Below are positions 37,850 to 52,039 of a stretch of 64,000 nucleotides of DNA, piece by piece. The first letter of the stretch is position 1. Each line of letters begins with the position of its first letter. Origin of the DNA: Phoronis australis (taxonomy: Eukaryota; Animalia; Phoronida). The DNA lies in assembly GCA_002633005.1 (NCBI GenBank), contig NMRA01000966.1, positions 1-64,000 on the forward strand, in the 5' to 3' direction. The notes under the pieces are model-generated. The model saw nothing but the letters and a program-made list of their open reading frames with translations, was not told the DNA's origin and searched no databases. The position numbers and the translations under genes were made by a program.

Positions 37850-39230
37850 ATTTATATATGAGCACTTTATGCTGTCACAACTGTCCATCCGTCTGGCGTC
37901 CGCTGCTCTATCTACAAAACTGTTTGATGTACGTTGATGAAATTTTGCACTTATGATTCTTTCGCAGATGGGACGGCATGAACGAACTTTCAAAGGAATC
38001 TAATTACCGATGTGCCAACTAATGGCAATTTTAGTTTTTTATTGTGTATCTCTGTATCGTCAAAGGTCCTCACCGGATTTTCATATAATTTGGTAAATAG
38101 GTATCTGTTAGTGAGATGACGATACTTTCCTATTTTCAGTTGGGATTCGAGATACTTTGTGCCACCTAGAGGCTATTTTATTTACTGTTTTCGAGTCTGT
38201 TTTTTGGCATCCGCCTCTCTGTCATCCAAACCACTCTAAGGTTGATTGGGAAAATTGGCATACTTCGTTGTTTCAACTGTGAAGAAGACAGCTGACAACG
38301 ATCTTCCGCCGACTTTTGACTACTGTGGCACCACCTAGTGTCAGTTTTGCGCCCATGGCTGTAGCTCTTAAACCCTCTGTTACATAAGGTTCTTTATTAA
38401 ATTTAGCAGGTGTATTTATATGAAGTTGACAACAAATGATGACGACTTTCGGATGGATGCAATGAAGGCGGCAATTTCATTTTTTTCGTTGTCCTATATT
38501 TCTCTGAAGTTCCTTTGTGGATTTTTATGAAATTTAGTAAATAGCTTGCTATTAAAGAAACAAGTACATGTTCCCATTTTTGGTTGGATTCAACTTACTT
38601 GCCCCATCTAGTGGCCATTTTCACTGTTTTCTAGTCTATTTTTGGCATCCACCCCTCTATCAACCAAACCACTCTAAGGATGATTTTAAAAATTGGTATT
38701 TATGTTTCTACTGTGAAGACGGCGGCTGGTGATGATTTTTGGATGACTCGGACTACTGTGGCAACTTTTAGTGGCTGTGTTTTTTGCCTCTATGGCTGTG
38801 TCTCTCAAACTCTTTGCAGGATCTTCGTTAAATTTGACAAGTGAATTTGACGACGGGTAATGATTACTTTTGGAGAGGATCTTACTACCGCTGTGTCCCC
38901 CTAGTGGCAATTTTATTTTTTACGTTTGCTTCTGTAACTTCATAGTTCCTTGATACTTTTCCATGAAATTTGGCAAACATTAGTTCCTATTATGAAGATG
39001 ACAGCTCCTTTCCATTAGTGATAATCTTAATTGTTTTTAGTCTGTTTTTTGTTATCTACTTCTCAGAATGTGCCAAACCATGCAGAGGATCATTATGACA
39101 ATTGTCAGATGTGTACCTACTGACCTGAGCATGTCTGACGTGGATTTTCAAATGGGTCCAACTACTGTGGTGCGCCCTAGTGACATTCTTCGCATCTGCG
39201 GCTGTATCTCTTAAGGTCATCAAGTGCAAA
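37850..39230 (+). mobile_element. Family D (Helentron-like) copy, about three 440-bp units
   Basis: ttatgctgtca...gtccatccgtctggcgtccgctgctctatct head, as at 3988-4057; units repeat near 38076, 38521 and 38960. Confidence 0.65.
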
Positions 39231-39754
39231 CATGGGAGTAGAAACTCACATGCATAAACCACAGTCTACTTGAGGACTGAATAATAGACACATATCTTGA
39301 GTTCACACAAAAGTGGTATTGGAAAATGCAATTTCGAAGAAAAAGATTATACCCCGTGCCCTGGCCCTTACAAACGACACAGAGTTGGGCAACCATGAAT
39401 TTCGCAGGTTGCAGATGAGTGTTTGACAGCTGGTTGTCTTGTTTGTTACTTTCATCAAAGGGACAGTTGGATGTACACCATACACTGCTCAAAAACCACC
39501 GATTTCCCACTCAAGCCCAATTTCCACCAGATACCCACCTCCTACCTAAAGAAAGACATAGCAGCTGTGACACTTTGTCTGTGCATGAACCATGGGTTTT
39601 TGTTGAAAACTTTTTACTTTCATCTATTTTGACTTCTTGTAGTATTTTGAGTCTGGCATGAGATGGGTGCGTAGTGATTTGGGATTTTTACGGAACAAAA
39701 TCTAAAGTCACATTCATTGGTAACCTGCTGGTTTCCAAAATCTGCCCTTTATCT

Positions 39755-40070
39755 ATTGACAAAGTACATGGCACTGTCTTTTGTATTGTACATATCTGTT
39801 GATAGAGTACATTACACTGTCTTTTGTAGTGAACATATCCATTGACAGATTACATTACACTGTCTTTTGTAGTGTACATATCCATTGACAGAGAACATTG
39901 TACTGTCTTTGGTAGTGTTCATATCCATCCACAGAGAACATTGTACTGTCTTTTGTAGTGTACATATCTGTTGACATAGTACATTGTACTGTCTTATGTA
40001 GTGTACTTATCCACTGACATAGTACATTCTACTGTCTTTTGTAGTGTACATTATCCATTAAAAAGTACTA
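39755..40070 (+). repeat. 43-bp minisatellite, about 7 copies
   Basis: Unit approximately acattacactgtcttttgtagtgtacatatccattgacagagt. Confidence 0.92.
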
Positions 40071-42232
40071 TGTTCTACGGAAGGGGCTCCTCGTGGTTCT
40101 TAATGGGAAAGATTAAAAAGTGTTGATTCATTGGCTCAAGTGTTATTTCCGTTTTTTGCTCTTGTTTTTCCTTATTCTTGGTATTTTTTCCTTGCAGCTT
40201 AGTCTTCCCTGTGATGTGCATATGTGTATATCCTCATGTATAATCGATAACTCAGTGTGTCTGTGTGCTTTATTGACGAATTACTTGCTAAGTGCTCTTG
40301 TATTATTTACCCTGTGAACTGAAATTAAATATCTTATGATCCTTGTTTTAAACTGGGTGCTGACCTACTAATATAGAATACACATAAGTGCACCTCTCAT
40401 GGAAATAAGGTTTCATTGACAGTTATGTTATTGGGTGCACAACCAGGAATGTATAGACCCATAATGGATTGAATTCTTTATACTGATAATTGCTCTGTAC
40501 CACACAATAGGAGCTAAGGTGAACTTCTGACTGACACAAGGCCCATGGCAACACCACAGGGTTGATGTAGAGATGCATTGTCCAAATGCAGCAATCACTG
40601 AATGTCCCTGTTTCCTAATGAGGCCAGTCATAGAATTCCACATGTAGTAATAAGTGACTATTGTAATTCCAACTTTTAAGAAGCATTCAAGGTTGCCAGT
40701 TGGGAAGTCTGATGTAGCGCCAAGTGAACTATTATTGAAAACAAGCGATTTTGGCAATAAGTTTTTGTTCTAAGGGGTGAAAATTTTGCAGCTACAAATG
40801 ATTTTGGAATAAACTAATGAAAGCGCTATGAAAAACGACACTTGGTGAAATCAAATAAAGAGTTTAGGGGTGAGATCAATGATGAAACCAACATATTAGA
40901 AAACCAGTGATGAGTTCTATTTACATACTAAGTTTGAAATGGTTCGGTCAAAGAATCGCTCTGTGAACTTAAGTCGAGAAATAGCCATCACAGCCATATC
41001 TTGTATCCGATTTCACCCAAGAACGAACGTCCATGGGCTATTGACTTAGTAATCACTGTTTGTAAATTTCATGTTGATCAGACAAAAGGTGATGCATTGT
41101 TAATTTCAATTAATGTGTTAAGTGCACCTATAAATATTTACTATAAATTGTTATTTTCGATAAGGTTAAATTGACATCAAATCTAATCCAAATATAATGA
41201 AATGAGATTCCTTGGCGTGTGCCATATCATGAATTACTCAAAAAAGTAACGCATTTATTGTTTTTTTTTTGACTTAAATGTGAATGAAGTGATCGATTTC
41301 AAAAAAAAAAAATTCATAAGATTTTGAAACAAGAGACACAGGCTGATGTCAATTTTACGTGAAAATACACGTATTTATGATCGATATATGTTTGGAATAA
41401 CATATAAATTATTTAAAAAGATTCCTACCTTGCTGTGTTTTATCACTTTTGGTTGAGTACGTAAGCAATGCCATGTTTTCTTTGAATTTTAATTTGCAGA
41501 GATATATTCAGTATTTGTAAAATATGGAATGTGAAAATGTAGGCACTCATGTTTATGTTTCCCATCTTTACCAAATTCAGCGTTCCAACTTTGAATTCAT
41601 TTGTTTTTTGGGATATATCTGCTTATTATGTTTATCACCTGACATTGGTCAGTCATTGCTTGAAATGTTGGGTTTTTAGCATATTTTTATGATCATTTTT
41701 CTTCCTTTTATCTTTCATGCATGTAGTTTTATTCAATATTCCTCGCGGATAATAACTTTTAACTTCTCTTTAAACAATTTTCGTGAATAAAATCTGTTCG
41801 TTACGCCCTATATCACATTTCTCAACCTGCAACTTTGAAATTCTTCTTACCCATTGGTATTACCACAGCCCTGGAGACTAGACTGGCTTCTTTTGTTTTG
41901 GGGATTTGAGGACAGAGTTCAGAGTCAGTGATAACCTCTGTCTGTTTAAGGCAAAATTCTTTCCCATCCATTTTAGACACTACACAGCTCAAATTGTTCA
42001 AATTGCAAAAGGTGGCTAACTACTCTCTCCTTGCTGAGATGGCCCAACTCTATTGTGTAGACTGCCTGAACAACAAAATGGAGTTACTTGACTTGTACGT
42101 ACCCAACACTTTGTCAGAGAGATCTTAATAATCCAAAAGAATGATAGAACATGCTAAATCTGGGCGAATGATGGAAAACCGGGACACATATATGAATAAA
42201 AATAAAACGTAATTATCATATATCCTTTGTAG

Positions 42233-42447
42233 TCATCAATGTTACGATGCCAGATGAGAAACAGAATTACGTTCACCGTATTGGACGAGTGGGACGGGCA
42301 GAGAGGATGGGTCTGGCACTGTCATTGGTGGCCAGTGTCCAGGAGAAAGTCTGGTATCACTCTAATTGTAGTAACCGCGGCAGAGGCTGCTACAACACCG
42401 ATCTGACCACTAGAGGGGGATGCTGCATCTGGTATAATGAGCCTCAG
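42233..42447 (+). CDS. DDX1: DDX1 internal exon (motif VI and DDX1-specific Cys-rich segment)
   Basis: tttgtAG|...|GTaggt, phase 1/0. (V)[71 protein letters not shown]. Confidence 0.97.
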
Positions 42448-44340
42448 GTAGGTTGGTCTGAGAGAAGAGATGGGATGTGGGGGCGTATATTGTGAGGCGG
42501 TGTGCATGAGGGGTGCACCAAAGGCTGGGGCGGGGATGAAGGATGAGTAAAGAGGTTATGGAGAGTCATTGCTGAGCAAAAGTGAATGCAGAATCAAGTT
42601 CCAGGAAACTGGTTATTGAGTGACTTGCGCTACTTCGCTCTGGTTACAACATGGCATGAACTTGTCGTTTGCATTGAATATCTGTTTGGACTGAATCATT
42701 ATTGAGCAAGGTCAGACAGCTCATCTCCGTATCTTTTGTGTTGTTTGTAGCATAATTCTAATCAGGTGAGCGCGGACTACTTTCAAGCAGTCAAGCAGCT
42801 GAAGTCAATTTAATTTTCACATGCGCAAACTCAGTTATAGTGAACTGTTTTTATTATTCGAACTCCGATTTTGGTTGCTTGTTATGTTCTGCATAGTTGT
42901 GGAATCATTAGTTCTTGAAAATGTGTAGTTTTTAAATTTAAAGCTGCAGTTTTATACTTTGATAGGATGAGTTTATTACATTTTATGACTCAGCTCGCAA
43001 CGCTTGATTGACTCTATTCAAGCCTGCAAACACAGTTTGAATCATGCTGGTCGAAATTGAATGCAGACACCCCGGTTTAGCATTGCACATAATTGTATTT
43101 AGGTTATCTGGACCTCATCTGTACATCAGCAAGTGTAGGAATGGGTGTAAGTAGCAAATCCATGCAGTGATGTTGTAGTTTTGTAAGAGCTTGGTGGACC
43201 AGTTAGTAAATGTGAACTGGGACTCTTAAACAAGTGAGAATTTGTTTTTATTCAGGAAAAATGACACCAAAAATGTTGTCTTTCCCTCTTTAGGATCAAA
43301 ATTGTCAACGATTTTGTCATATCGGCAGCATCTAAACCTGAATGTTAGCTGTAGAACAATTTTCCTGTGTCATCCCAACCGCCCGTTGTAGTTGAAACGG
43401 ATATATTTGCCAGGGGTAACTTCAATGAGCTTGCCCATCTTGGCATGGTGTTTGTCATAGTAGCTGTGGTTATGCAACCTGGTGTAATATAATTACCATA
43501 AATTAGCCATGACAGACCTGGGCCAGATGGAATTTGCCAGGGGCAGATCGAGGATTTTGAGTTAGGGTGAGCCAGGGCACAGGAATAACCAGAAATGTGT
43601 CAGATGAGCGTGCCCAGCCTGAAATGTGGGGATGCAGGGTTTCGAATTTTGGGTTTGCGGACTTGTTGTGTAAAGAAAAAAGGTAAACGGGGTTTGTTCA
43701 GGGCCTATGCATTGCTTATTCGCCACTGTTTGCTGCCCTCTATTATCGAAGGAAGGAACAAGTTTCCTGATGCTAATGGAATAGCCCTTTCAAGGGTGGT
43801 CCACTTGGTATGTCTGGTCATGTCTGTAATCTTTAGTGATCCCCCAGACATGTTGTAAGCCTGTCGTCTGCCAGTAGAAACTTTTTTCTGTGAGGAGCTT
43901 TATATTCTCTGTCACCCGATTTCTTGGGAAATTGTAGAATTTTCTTCCTCGATTTGAAAATAGAGATTTTTTGAATATAAAGTTGTGTGTGACTAGAGCA
44001 TAAGAATCATGACTTTGTGAGTTTAATGACCCCTTCTTAATTGTTGTTGGAACATCGGGTGACATTCTATTGTGTTGGGGGTATTTAAAACTTTCACGGG
44101 AGCACAGATTTAAGTGCCACTGGGTAAATTTGCCATGTGATTTCACCAATATAAGAACCATCAGGAAAATTGTGGAAACGATTCAAATGTCCTTGAGATG
44201 CCTTGTTTCTAGTTACACAGCACTACAAGATTAAAAGTCATGAACTACTAGCACAGGTGAGAGGATTCGGTGAAGCCCCAAGTCAACCGAAATTCTTCTT
44301 ATGGTAAAACTACAACACTCTGTCCTTTGCTTCATTCCAG

Positions 44341-44461
44341 CTGTTGGCTGATGTTGAAGAACACCTTGGCGTGACCATAGATCAGTGTGAACCGGACATG
44401 AAAGTGCAGGCTAATGAGTTTGATGGCAAAGTGGTCTACGGACAGAAGAGGAAAAATGCAG
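44341..44461 (+). CDS. DDX1: DDX1 penultimate coding exon
   Basis: ttccAG|...|GTgag, phase 0/1. LLADVEEHLGVTIDQCEPDMKVQANEFDGKVVYGQKRKNA. Confidence 0.96.
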
Positions 44462-45967
44462 GTGAGATATTAATTGGGTGTGGAATATTGTCAGAAACAA
44501 GAGCGAAATTGTACATGAACATAGAAAAAGAATTTTTTCAGTTTGGGACTGAATTCGCAATTTTCACGAGTGTGCGAAACATATGCTTTTCTCCAATTCC
44601 CTCCCTGAAGTGTTAAAAATGTTGATATTGTTATAGGACAGTATTTAATTGACTAAACTATATGATTGTGCACATTACCTTATGGCTACACCTTATTTTG
44701 CCAGTGACAAACTTGTCTCAACCTCTAGTGTGTAAGCTGCATGAGTAACACATTAATGGGGGCCATTTGACTTGTGTACACCACCCCTTACCAGAGCGGT
44801 CTTTAAATACCCGCAAAAAATGCAGTGAAATTGGGGGTGACGATTTATTTTTTGATTTTCTATTTGAAAGGTTTTAAACAGAATACTTGAATTGTTCATG
44901 AAAAGTAGACGTTGTTTGGTTTTTGAATTTGTAAAATGGGACAAGAAATGTGACTTTTAGCCTGTGAATTTTAACCGAATGTTGCCCAGAGCTTGCGCCT
45001 AGGCCAGCCAGTATTCTGTGCCTCATTGATTCTGTGGGGTGTGCAGCATAATGGGCCAATTACCAAACCAGCAGGGAGTGTCGGAATTTGAGGTAGGCCA
45101 AGTGTCATCATACAATTCTTGGCATGAAGATCATTGAAACCAGTGCCAGAAATTCAAGAAAAGGCTTCAGAGTTTTTTGGGTTGGCCTGAGTATTATGAG
45201 AGTAAAAGGCTTAATTCACTTTTTGTTTTTAGTCAGCTAAACCGGCCAAAATATCAGTCACAAGATATTGAGTGTCTATATGGTTTAAACGTAGAAAATA
45301 AATAATGAAACCCCTTATCTAACTCATTTTATCTGTGTGGATACTCACACACTAATTAATTTCCTAATTAGAAATTTATCAGTTTTTTGTTGACCGACAC
45401 TGAGCTGGTTAAATAGCAAGTAGGATATAGTTAAACATACTGGTCGTTGACTTGCATGACAATGACCTCTCTTTGCCAGATTATGTAACAGGGACTGTTG
45501 AAGCAACTTCTAAGTCAATAGGATTATTAAGTGCTAACAGCGTGGGTGTTGATTTTGATCTTGATGCATTTTTACGGGACCTATAATGGTGGGCACTGTG
45601 TTATGTAATACCCGCATTGATTAGCCTTCTGTTGAGATATTCATGACATTTGCTTTATCACGATAATTAACGTATTTCAAAAAAGGTCAATCCACCTTTT
45701 TGTTGTTTTGACGTTGGTGCCATGGGTGTAAGGGTGGTCGTACTTACTTCCAGCTTTTTCATTAGATTTCTGAAAGTGACACTGACCTCAGAGTGCTAAT
45801 TCGTTATTATCATTTTAATTTGGCATTTTAATTTTAGTTGACTTGGTCCTAAAAGGTCAAAATGATATCATACTTAACTATCCATAAAACAGCATAATAG
45901 ATAATGATAATCTCCACAAAAATTCATTGTACAATTAGCTAAATTTTTGACTTGCACTGCTTTACAG

Positions 45968-46092
45968 GTACGGGGTACAAGGGACACGTGGATTTCTTAG
46001 CACCAACCGTGGCTGAGCTGGCAAGTCTGGAGAAGAGAGCGCAGGACTCCTTTCTCAAGCTTAAACATGGCAAAGTATTTCAGCACCGTTAG
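45968..46092 (+). CDS. DDX1: DDX1 terminal coding exon
   Basis: tttacAG|, phase 1. (G)[40 protein letters not shown], with TAG at 46090-46092. Confidence 0.95.
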
Positions 46093-46411
46093 ATTAAGCC
46101 ATGATTATGTGCTTATCATATGACACGAGATGAGAACTGTCCTGATTCACTCTTTTGTGACGTTCGTAATTAGATGTTGCGACTAAAAAAAAGTGTACAG
46201 TATTGATTTGGTTGTTTCTTGACTGGGTATCATCGGACCTTGATTAACATCACCAGCATTGTCTAGTGGATGGCATTGGCCTGTGTTACACAGATGTTAT
46301 CCCCTGTATTGTTTGATACAAAGGGTTAGCTGTAATGGTGTATTTGATGTCTCTTCACAATATGGATTGTCTGTTCCTTTCAGTTTAGACCTCGATATGA
46401 AGATTATGAAA

Positions 46412-46656
46412 TACGGGGAAATTTCACCAATTTTGGGCACAATATGGCCGACAAGTGAAACGTTTTGTCCTATTTCGGTGAAGGATGTGTCACACCAACT
46501 TAATGCTTTTCCTTAAGTTCTATACCATAGCAACGTAACCACCATCAGATGCTGTTTTGGAAAAATGTGACCATTCACAACAATGGTTAGAAGCACTTGA
46601 AAAATGAAAAAATCAATTTTATTATTTTTGTCTGAAATTACTGAGATTTTACTGTA
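46412..46656. mobile_element. Short TA-flanked MITE downstream of the DDX1 stop codon
   Basis: Ends tacggggaaatttca / tgagattttactgta. Shares caccaattt.gg.c.caatatggccgacaagt with about 34850-35035. Confidence 0.55.
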
Positions 46657-48622
46657 GGGTGACTAACTCTGGCAACAAAATGGTAAAAAAATTTCCCTTA
46701 TGTTAGCAATCACCAAAAAATCTTTTGAATCGAGAAAAATAACTGCATCATTTTTCAAACATTTATTTATAGATCATTTAAACATGGTGCTTTAACCCAC
46801 TCCACCATATCCTGAATCAGCATCGAATCGGTTTCAATGTTTTTTATTCCGCTTAAGTATGAAATAGTGATTTTGTGCTAAAGTAATTTTATTTATGTCA
46901 TCCAATACTCAGTCCAAATCCAAACTTGATGATGCGAATGTTATACGATTTTAACTGTGAAATACAATATTGTTGGACTTGTCTGCATATCTGAGCAAAG
47001 TCAAATGCCCTTGTATTGACAACCTTCATACATTGAACAGAAAGTAGCAATTATTGAAAACAGTTCAAGAGAGGGAGAGTTGGTAGTGTGCTGTTAATTA
47101 TTGCACAATCACCGGTACTTCTGTCCTCTGATTGGCTAAGACGTGATATAGCTTTTGTTGATACTGACAAAGATGCTCGTGGTATATCACTTTTTACTGG
47201 TGGTCTCAACTTGTTCCTTACTCCAATGAGAATTTCTGGGTTTGCAAAGAAGTGACAGTTTGAAAATTCTACACTCTGCATAAAATGACACACCGTGACA
47301 AGCCAACTTGTAGAGCCTCAATTCAAGCAATATTGAACTGCCAGTTATTTTAAAGCCGTGAAGTCCCCTCCAGTTTGACTAAGGACCAATTTGAGACCAA
47401 TTTCATAATGTTAAGTGGTCTAAATCATAAACTGATTTTTGTAATGGATAGCACGCTTATATCCACTTCAAGAATAAGCTTCATAAAAGCACACTTATAT
47501 GACAGACATCATATTTTACTAAATATTTATTCAAGTTGAGTGTACAACGGTTTGTGCAGTTTTGTTCAAAACTAGTCTCCACATGTGTGAGCAGACAGTT
47601 CACATTAAAGTAAACCAAACAGATTCAAACAGACAATAACAACAGTGTAGGGGTTGACTTCTTCACTGTATGCTCAAGGAATACATAAAATAATAAAATC
47701 TAATACCAGGTGTGAGTACAAACATAAAACTTGATAATGAAGAGGCGACTCCTATTTTTAACATTTAATGAAAATCAGATCAAACATTATGAAGCAGTGC
47801 CTCAGTAGTATTGTCCTCTGTCTGTTTGGCACAGTGCCTCCATACACAGGTGTTACGCGGCACATATTTCCTTATCCTCAAATGTCACATTTCAAAACCT
47901 CATAAAAGTAGCATGAACACTCGTGCCCCTTTATTAATACTTCTAGACACTCACAAGTTCCACATATAATTTATATTTCTTGCATAAGAAACCTTAGTGG
48001 CCTGGATAAATGGTAGTTTTCATCACCTGACAACTTATTAGACTCTCTTCGTTACCAGGCACTTAAGTTCTCAACTAACACTTAAAGATTAATAGTAGTC
48101 CCATAAAACTATGTTTGTTTACATTTTCTATAACCACAAAATCTCGCATGCACAAAAGCCTAGTTGTTCATATTCACATTTTAAAAATGTGTCATTTTTC
48201 AAACTCTTAACTTCTTTACTCTGTGAACTTCAAAAGAATGATGGATTTTCTATTACCGGTAAGTCCTTTTAGTCTGAGAGCTCAGCTGTCAAAAATCGAG
48301 AATTGTACTTTTCTTCACTTTTGACAAGCAAGTTCTCGGTCTAAAAGGAATCCCAAATGTTGACATCTTCACAATTTGACAGCCGAGTTCCCATGCTCAA
48401 GGGAAATCCGAGACATACTTTGGGAGATAATAGAATAAAACAAAACATTTGCAAGTTTCATTCAAAAACGAATCGTTTTTGTGGAAAATCTAGATTGCTT
48501 AAAAAAAATTAAATATAATGAATACAAACATCTGGGCATTATTTATGTGCACATAGTAAGAGCTTGTGATCACAAAAGTAACCAATGGGAGACTGAAAGC
48601 AGTGATGTGGCAACAGTGGAAC

Positions 48623-49163
48623 CTCGCTGGTTCCCTGCGTGCTGCTAGGTGGTAGCCAGCATGCAGGTATCGCTCAATTTTCCTTGAGAAATTTTTTTTA
48701 CACCGGCAGCACTTTACGCAAACAAACTGGCATGACTGTTGGAGGAAGTGTAAATGTGGTCTGTTGTACAGACAAATGGGTGCTTAAAATTTCTGTTCAA
48801 GAAATGTGAATCCCAGAAATTGTAGTTGTGCCTTTTTGGAGTGCATCTTTCTATACTGTCGATGACTTTTGTTTACGATACTGTTCTGTATTCATACATT
48901 CAGTATGAATAACACACTGGTTAAATCGGCCAGATATGTGTTTATTGAGCATATGTGCTTCAAGCATGCAGCTATTAAACATTACTGTAGACTGAAACGA
49001 AATAGTTGCTGCTACGCCACTTGCATGATAAGGCTAAAAATCGTTCGTAGTCCGCCATTTTTTCACGTTGTAAAGCTAACCAATGACTGCCGAGGTTACA
49101 TCAATCAATGCTAAAGCCCGTGCTACTGCGTGATAACTGCTAGGCACGTAGGGAACCAGCGAG
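48623..49163. mobile_element. TIR element between the two stop codons
   Basis: CTCGCTGGTTCCCTGCGTGC / GCACGTAGGGAACCAGCGAG; imperfect 9-bp flanks cagtggaac / caatggacc. Confidence 0.65.
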
Positions 49164-49771
49164 CAATGGACCAGATGCTAGTGGCCTCTATAGGACGAGG
49201 AGGCAATCGCATATACAGTGGAAGGGTCTTGTCGTGAAGTCAAACGTGTTCCCTATGCTACGTGCTGGAAAGAAGAAGTACTTCTTGGTACAGCGAGGTG
49301 ACGATAAGAGTCATCGGTCCCACGCAATCAGGCCCCTTTGTTTTCTTAAAGTCTCCCACTACACCGTTACACAATAACAACACACTCAGTCACATACCTT
49401 CCATATACTTAAGACAGTTATGTACTAAGTAAAGAACATTAACAATGTTATAAAGAAATGGGAATGAAGACATATGCTCTCAATCCTCCAACTCTCTTGA
49501 ACAAGAATCGATATTCGGGAAGTGCAATACAGCCACTTGGCAATGCGAACCCATATCAGAGGAAATGTTCAGAATCGTTTGCTGTTACAAAATCCAATTT
49601 AGCAAGATGTAAACTGTTTTCGTGTTCCCAAAGCACTGTCAGTTTTGAACCACCTTTCACTAATTAAATATCTAAGACCAGTCATTTACAATAAGGCTCC
49701 TTTGAGAACTTTGTTGTGGGAATACCAAGTAAACAATCTTATCTAGTGTTTCTATCACTCCACTGGCATTA

Positions 49772-49926
49772 TTAGTCCAGCACGATACAGACATCATCTT
49801 CGACCTCTACAGACATAGATGTTTTCCGTTTTTTGACCGAGGTAGCACTTTCTCCGTCCATGGAACGTTTCCTTTTCGGTGCAGCGTTTATCTCCTCTTC
49901 TTCCACTATCTCTATCAGGTCATTAT
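49772..49926 (-). CDS. UBA2: UBA2 terminal coding exon with NLS-like and SIM-like motifs
   Basis: acacAG|, phase 1. (D)NDLIEIVEEEEINAAPKRKRSMDGESATSVKKRKTSMSVEVEDDVCIVLD*, with TAA at 49774-49772. Human UBA2 ends DDVIALD. Confidence 0.9.
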
Positions 49927-50825
49927 CTGTGTGCAAAACAAACTCGTTTTAATAAGTTTTATAGATCATGTGAATTTCAAGTACTTACAATAAATTGAAC
50001 GTTTTCAACCATCAATGACTGCGGCCATCCTCAGAAAGATGGGTTATGCGGACTTGATGTATTGCTGTCTAGGGCCACGAAATACGATGTCATAAATGTC
50101 AGAAAGAGGATACAGACCTATGTCATGATTCATGTCCCCATCACCTGCTTTCCTAATAAATAGGCTTTACTGTATCCAGCGTCTATTTCTGAGGACAACT
50201 ACACTGACTCTCTGACAGTTGAAAATGTTCAATTTATAGTGAGTACTCAACTGTGTCCCGCCTAATATTTGACACACCAATCGTATGAAATTACTTACTG
50301 AATGTTACCTGCTAAAATTCTTCAAATATTTAAAGTATAATGCGGCCAGAACATGTTATTTTATTTTGTTCACTTTCTTTAAGATGACTATTTTAGAAAA
50401 TTCGTCTTCACTATTACAGTCTCTACAAACATTGTTCTGGAGTCAAAAACGACTATCTTTACAGAGGTTGAGAAAATGGACAGATACAGAGGAAAACATA
50501 CAAAACTTAAATTGCCACTAGGGGGCACTGCATTAGCCAGATCCTTCTGTCATAAAAACACATTTGCCAATTTCCAAGGGGTTCAGCAGATACAGCTGCA
50601 GTAGAAGGCAGACACTCAGACAGAGATGACAGCAATATGCACCAACCCACACACTTATAAGCGTTCTTATGTTGGGTAAATTCTAAATGGTCAACTTCAA
50701 TGACGTGCAGCCACGGATTCAGTGTTACTGATTATGCCTGGTTCTGAGCTTTAGCCACATCTTGACTGATGGCTACAATAATTAACAGTGAAAAAAGTTC
50801 CAACAGCACCACAACAATATCGTAC

Positions 50826-50941
50826 CTTCATTTTCTGCATTGCCGCCATTATTGCTGGTGGAGGGTTCTTCCTCTGGTTTGGCATGCAACTGTGACATGT
50901 CCCCGATTATTTCAAACTCCTCATCGTCTTCTAGTTTATCT
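50826..50941 (-). CDS. UBA2: UBA2 penultimate coding exon
   Basis: cattAG|...|GTacg, phase 2/1. DKLEDDEEFEIIGDMSQLHAKPEEEPSTSNNGGNAENE (cf. UBA2 EFEVVGD ... QPSTS). Confidence 0.88.
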
Positions 50942-51894
50942 CTAATGAACAGAAAAAAGGCCTAGTATATACTTTGAAACAATAAATTTGCCCTTCGCCC
51001 ACTGCACCCTTTTGCACGATTATATTAGTCGTCCTCAGAACATGGTAAACTATATAACGCCCATAATAATCTATAAAAACATACTTCCTGTTCATTAGTT
51101 GATAATTTCCTCAAGTTTTAGTGGAATGTTATCCATTATGAAGTCGTTTTTGGTCAATGTCGCATATTTTACTATTAAATGTACTTAGAATCTTTCTAAG
51201 TGATTTGCATGAAATGACATAAATGATTCCAACAATGCGAACAATGTGTGCCAGACAGGTTGAATTGCTTAGTTTTATTAACTGTTTCTGGCATCATTGC
51301 TCAAGTCAAAATAAAATTGTAGTGTAATTTGACTGGAACGGAAAAATGTGCGGGTGTCCCGCAACTGGGTACAGTTATCAGAATAAACAAAGGAAGGAAT
51401 GTGGCTTACTTGGACTGATAGACATTTTTGGAAATTGCTCACTGTGTTGTCACCACCTTTCGTTTCAGGAAATGACATTCATATTAGCTTCAATTTTGTA
51501 GAAATTGGCTGAAACAGTTCGAAGTACCTGTTAAAAAGTAAAGTATGCCAAATTGACCAAAAAGGCATTCATAAACATGTTCTCCTTTAGCACTAAATTG
51601 TTCTCCATAGCAACTATGTTTAACGCCCAAACCACAAAATATGTCACAAATATTCTGTCAAACTGGTGACATTGGTATGAACCTAGTAGACAGCTGGCAG
51701 ACGGCTCTGGGCACCTTGCCAACCTTCAACCATCCTTGCCACGTCTGATTGGCACCTACTCAACAAAATATTCATGACTGACAGTGTATCCAAGCATATG
51801 TTGGAACAGGACCTTCAGAACTTAATACCTGGCTTTCATAAATGTTAAATAATTAACTGTAGTTATACAAATCTACCAATGTCCAAAGCCATAC

Positions 51895-52039
51895 GCATGA
51901 ATTATGTTAACGACTAGGTTGTAGCACTGTAGGAAATCATCGCAAACAAGTCGCGACCCATTTCTGATGCCAAAGTTGGAGAGGAACTTGTCAGAATTCT
52001 GTTCCGTTTCCCCTTCCTCGCTGGATATGAGTATGGAAC
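51895..52039 (-). CDS. UBA2: UBA2 internal exon (ubiquitin-fold domain)
   Basis: tttcAG|...|GTatgg, phase 1/2. (G)SILISSEEGETEQNSDKFLSNFGIRNGSRLVCDDFLQCYNLVVNIIH. Confidence 0.95.

Noticed and set aside
39755-40070. Regular 43-bp repeats resembling a CRISPR array
   Set aside because: Units are head-to-tail with no unique spacers, there are no cas genes, and the context is a eukaryotic intron. It is a minisatellite.
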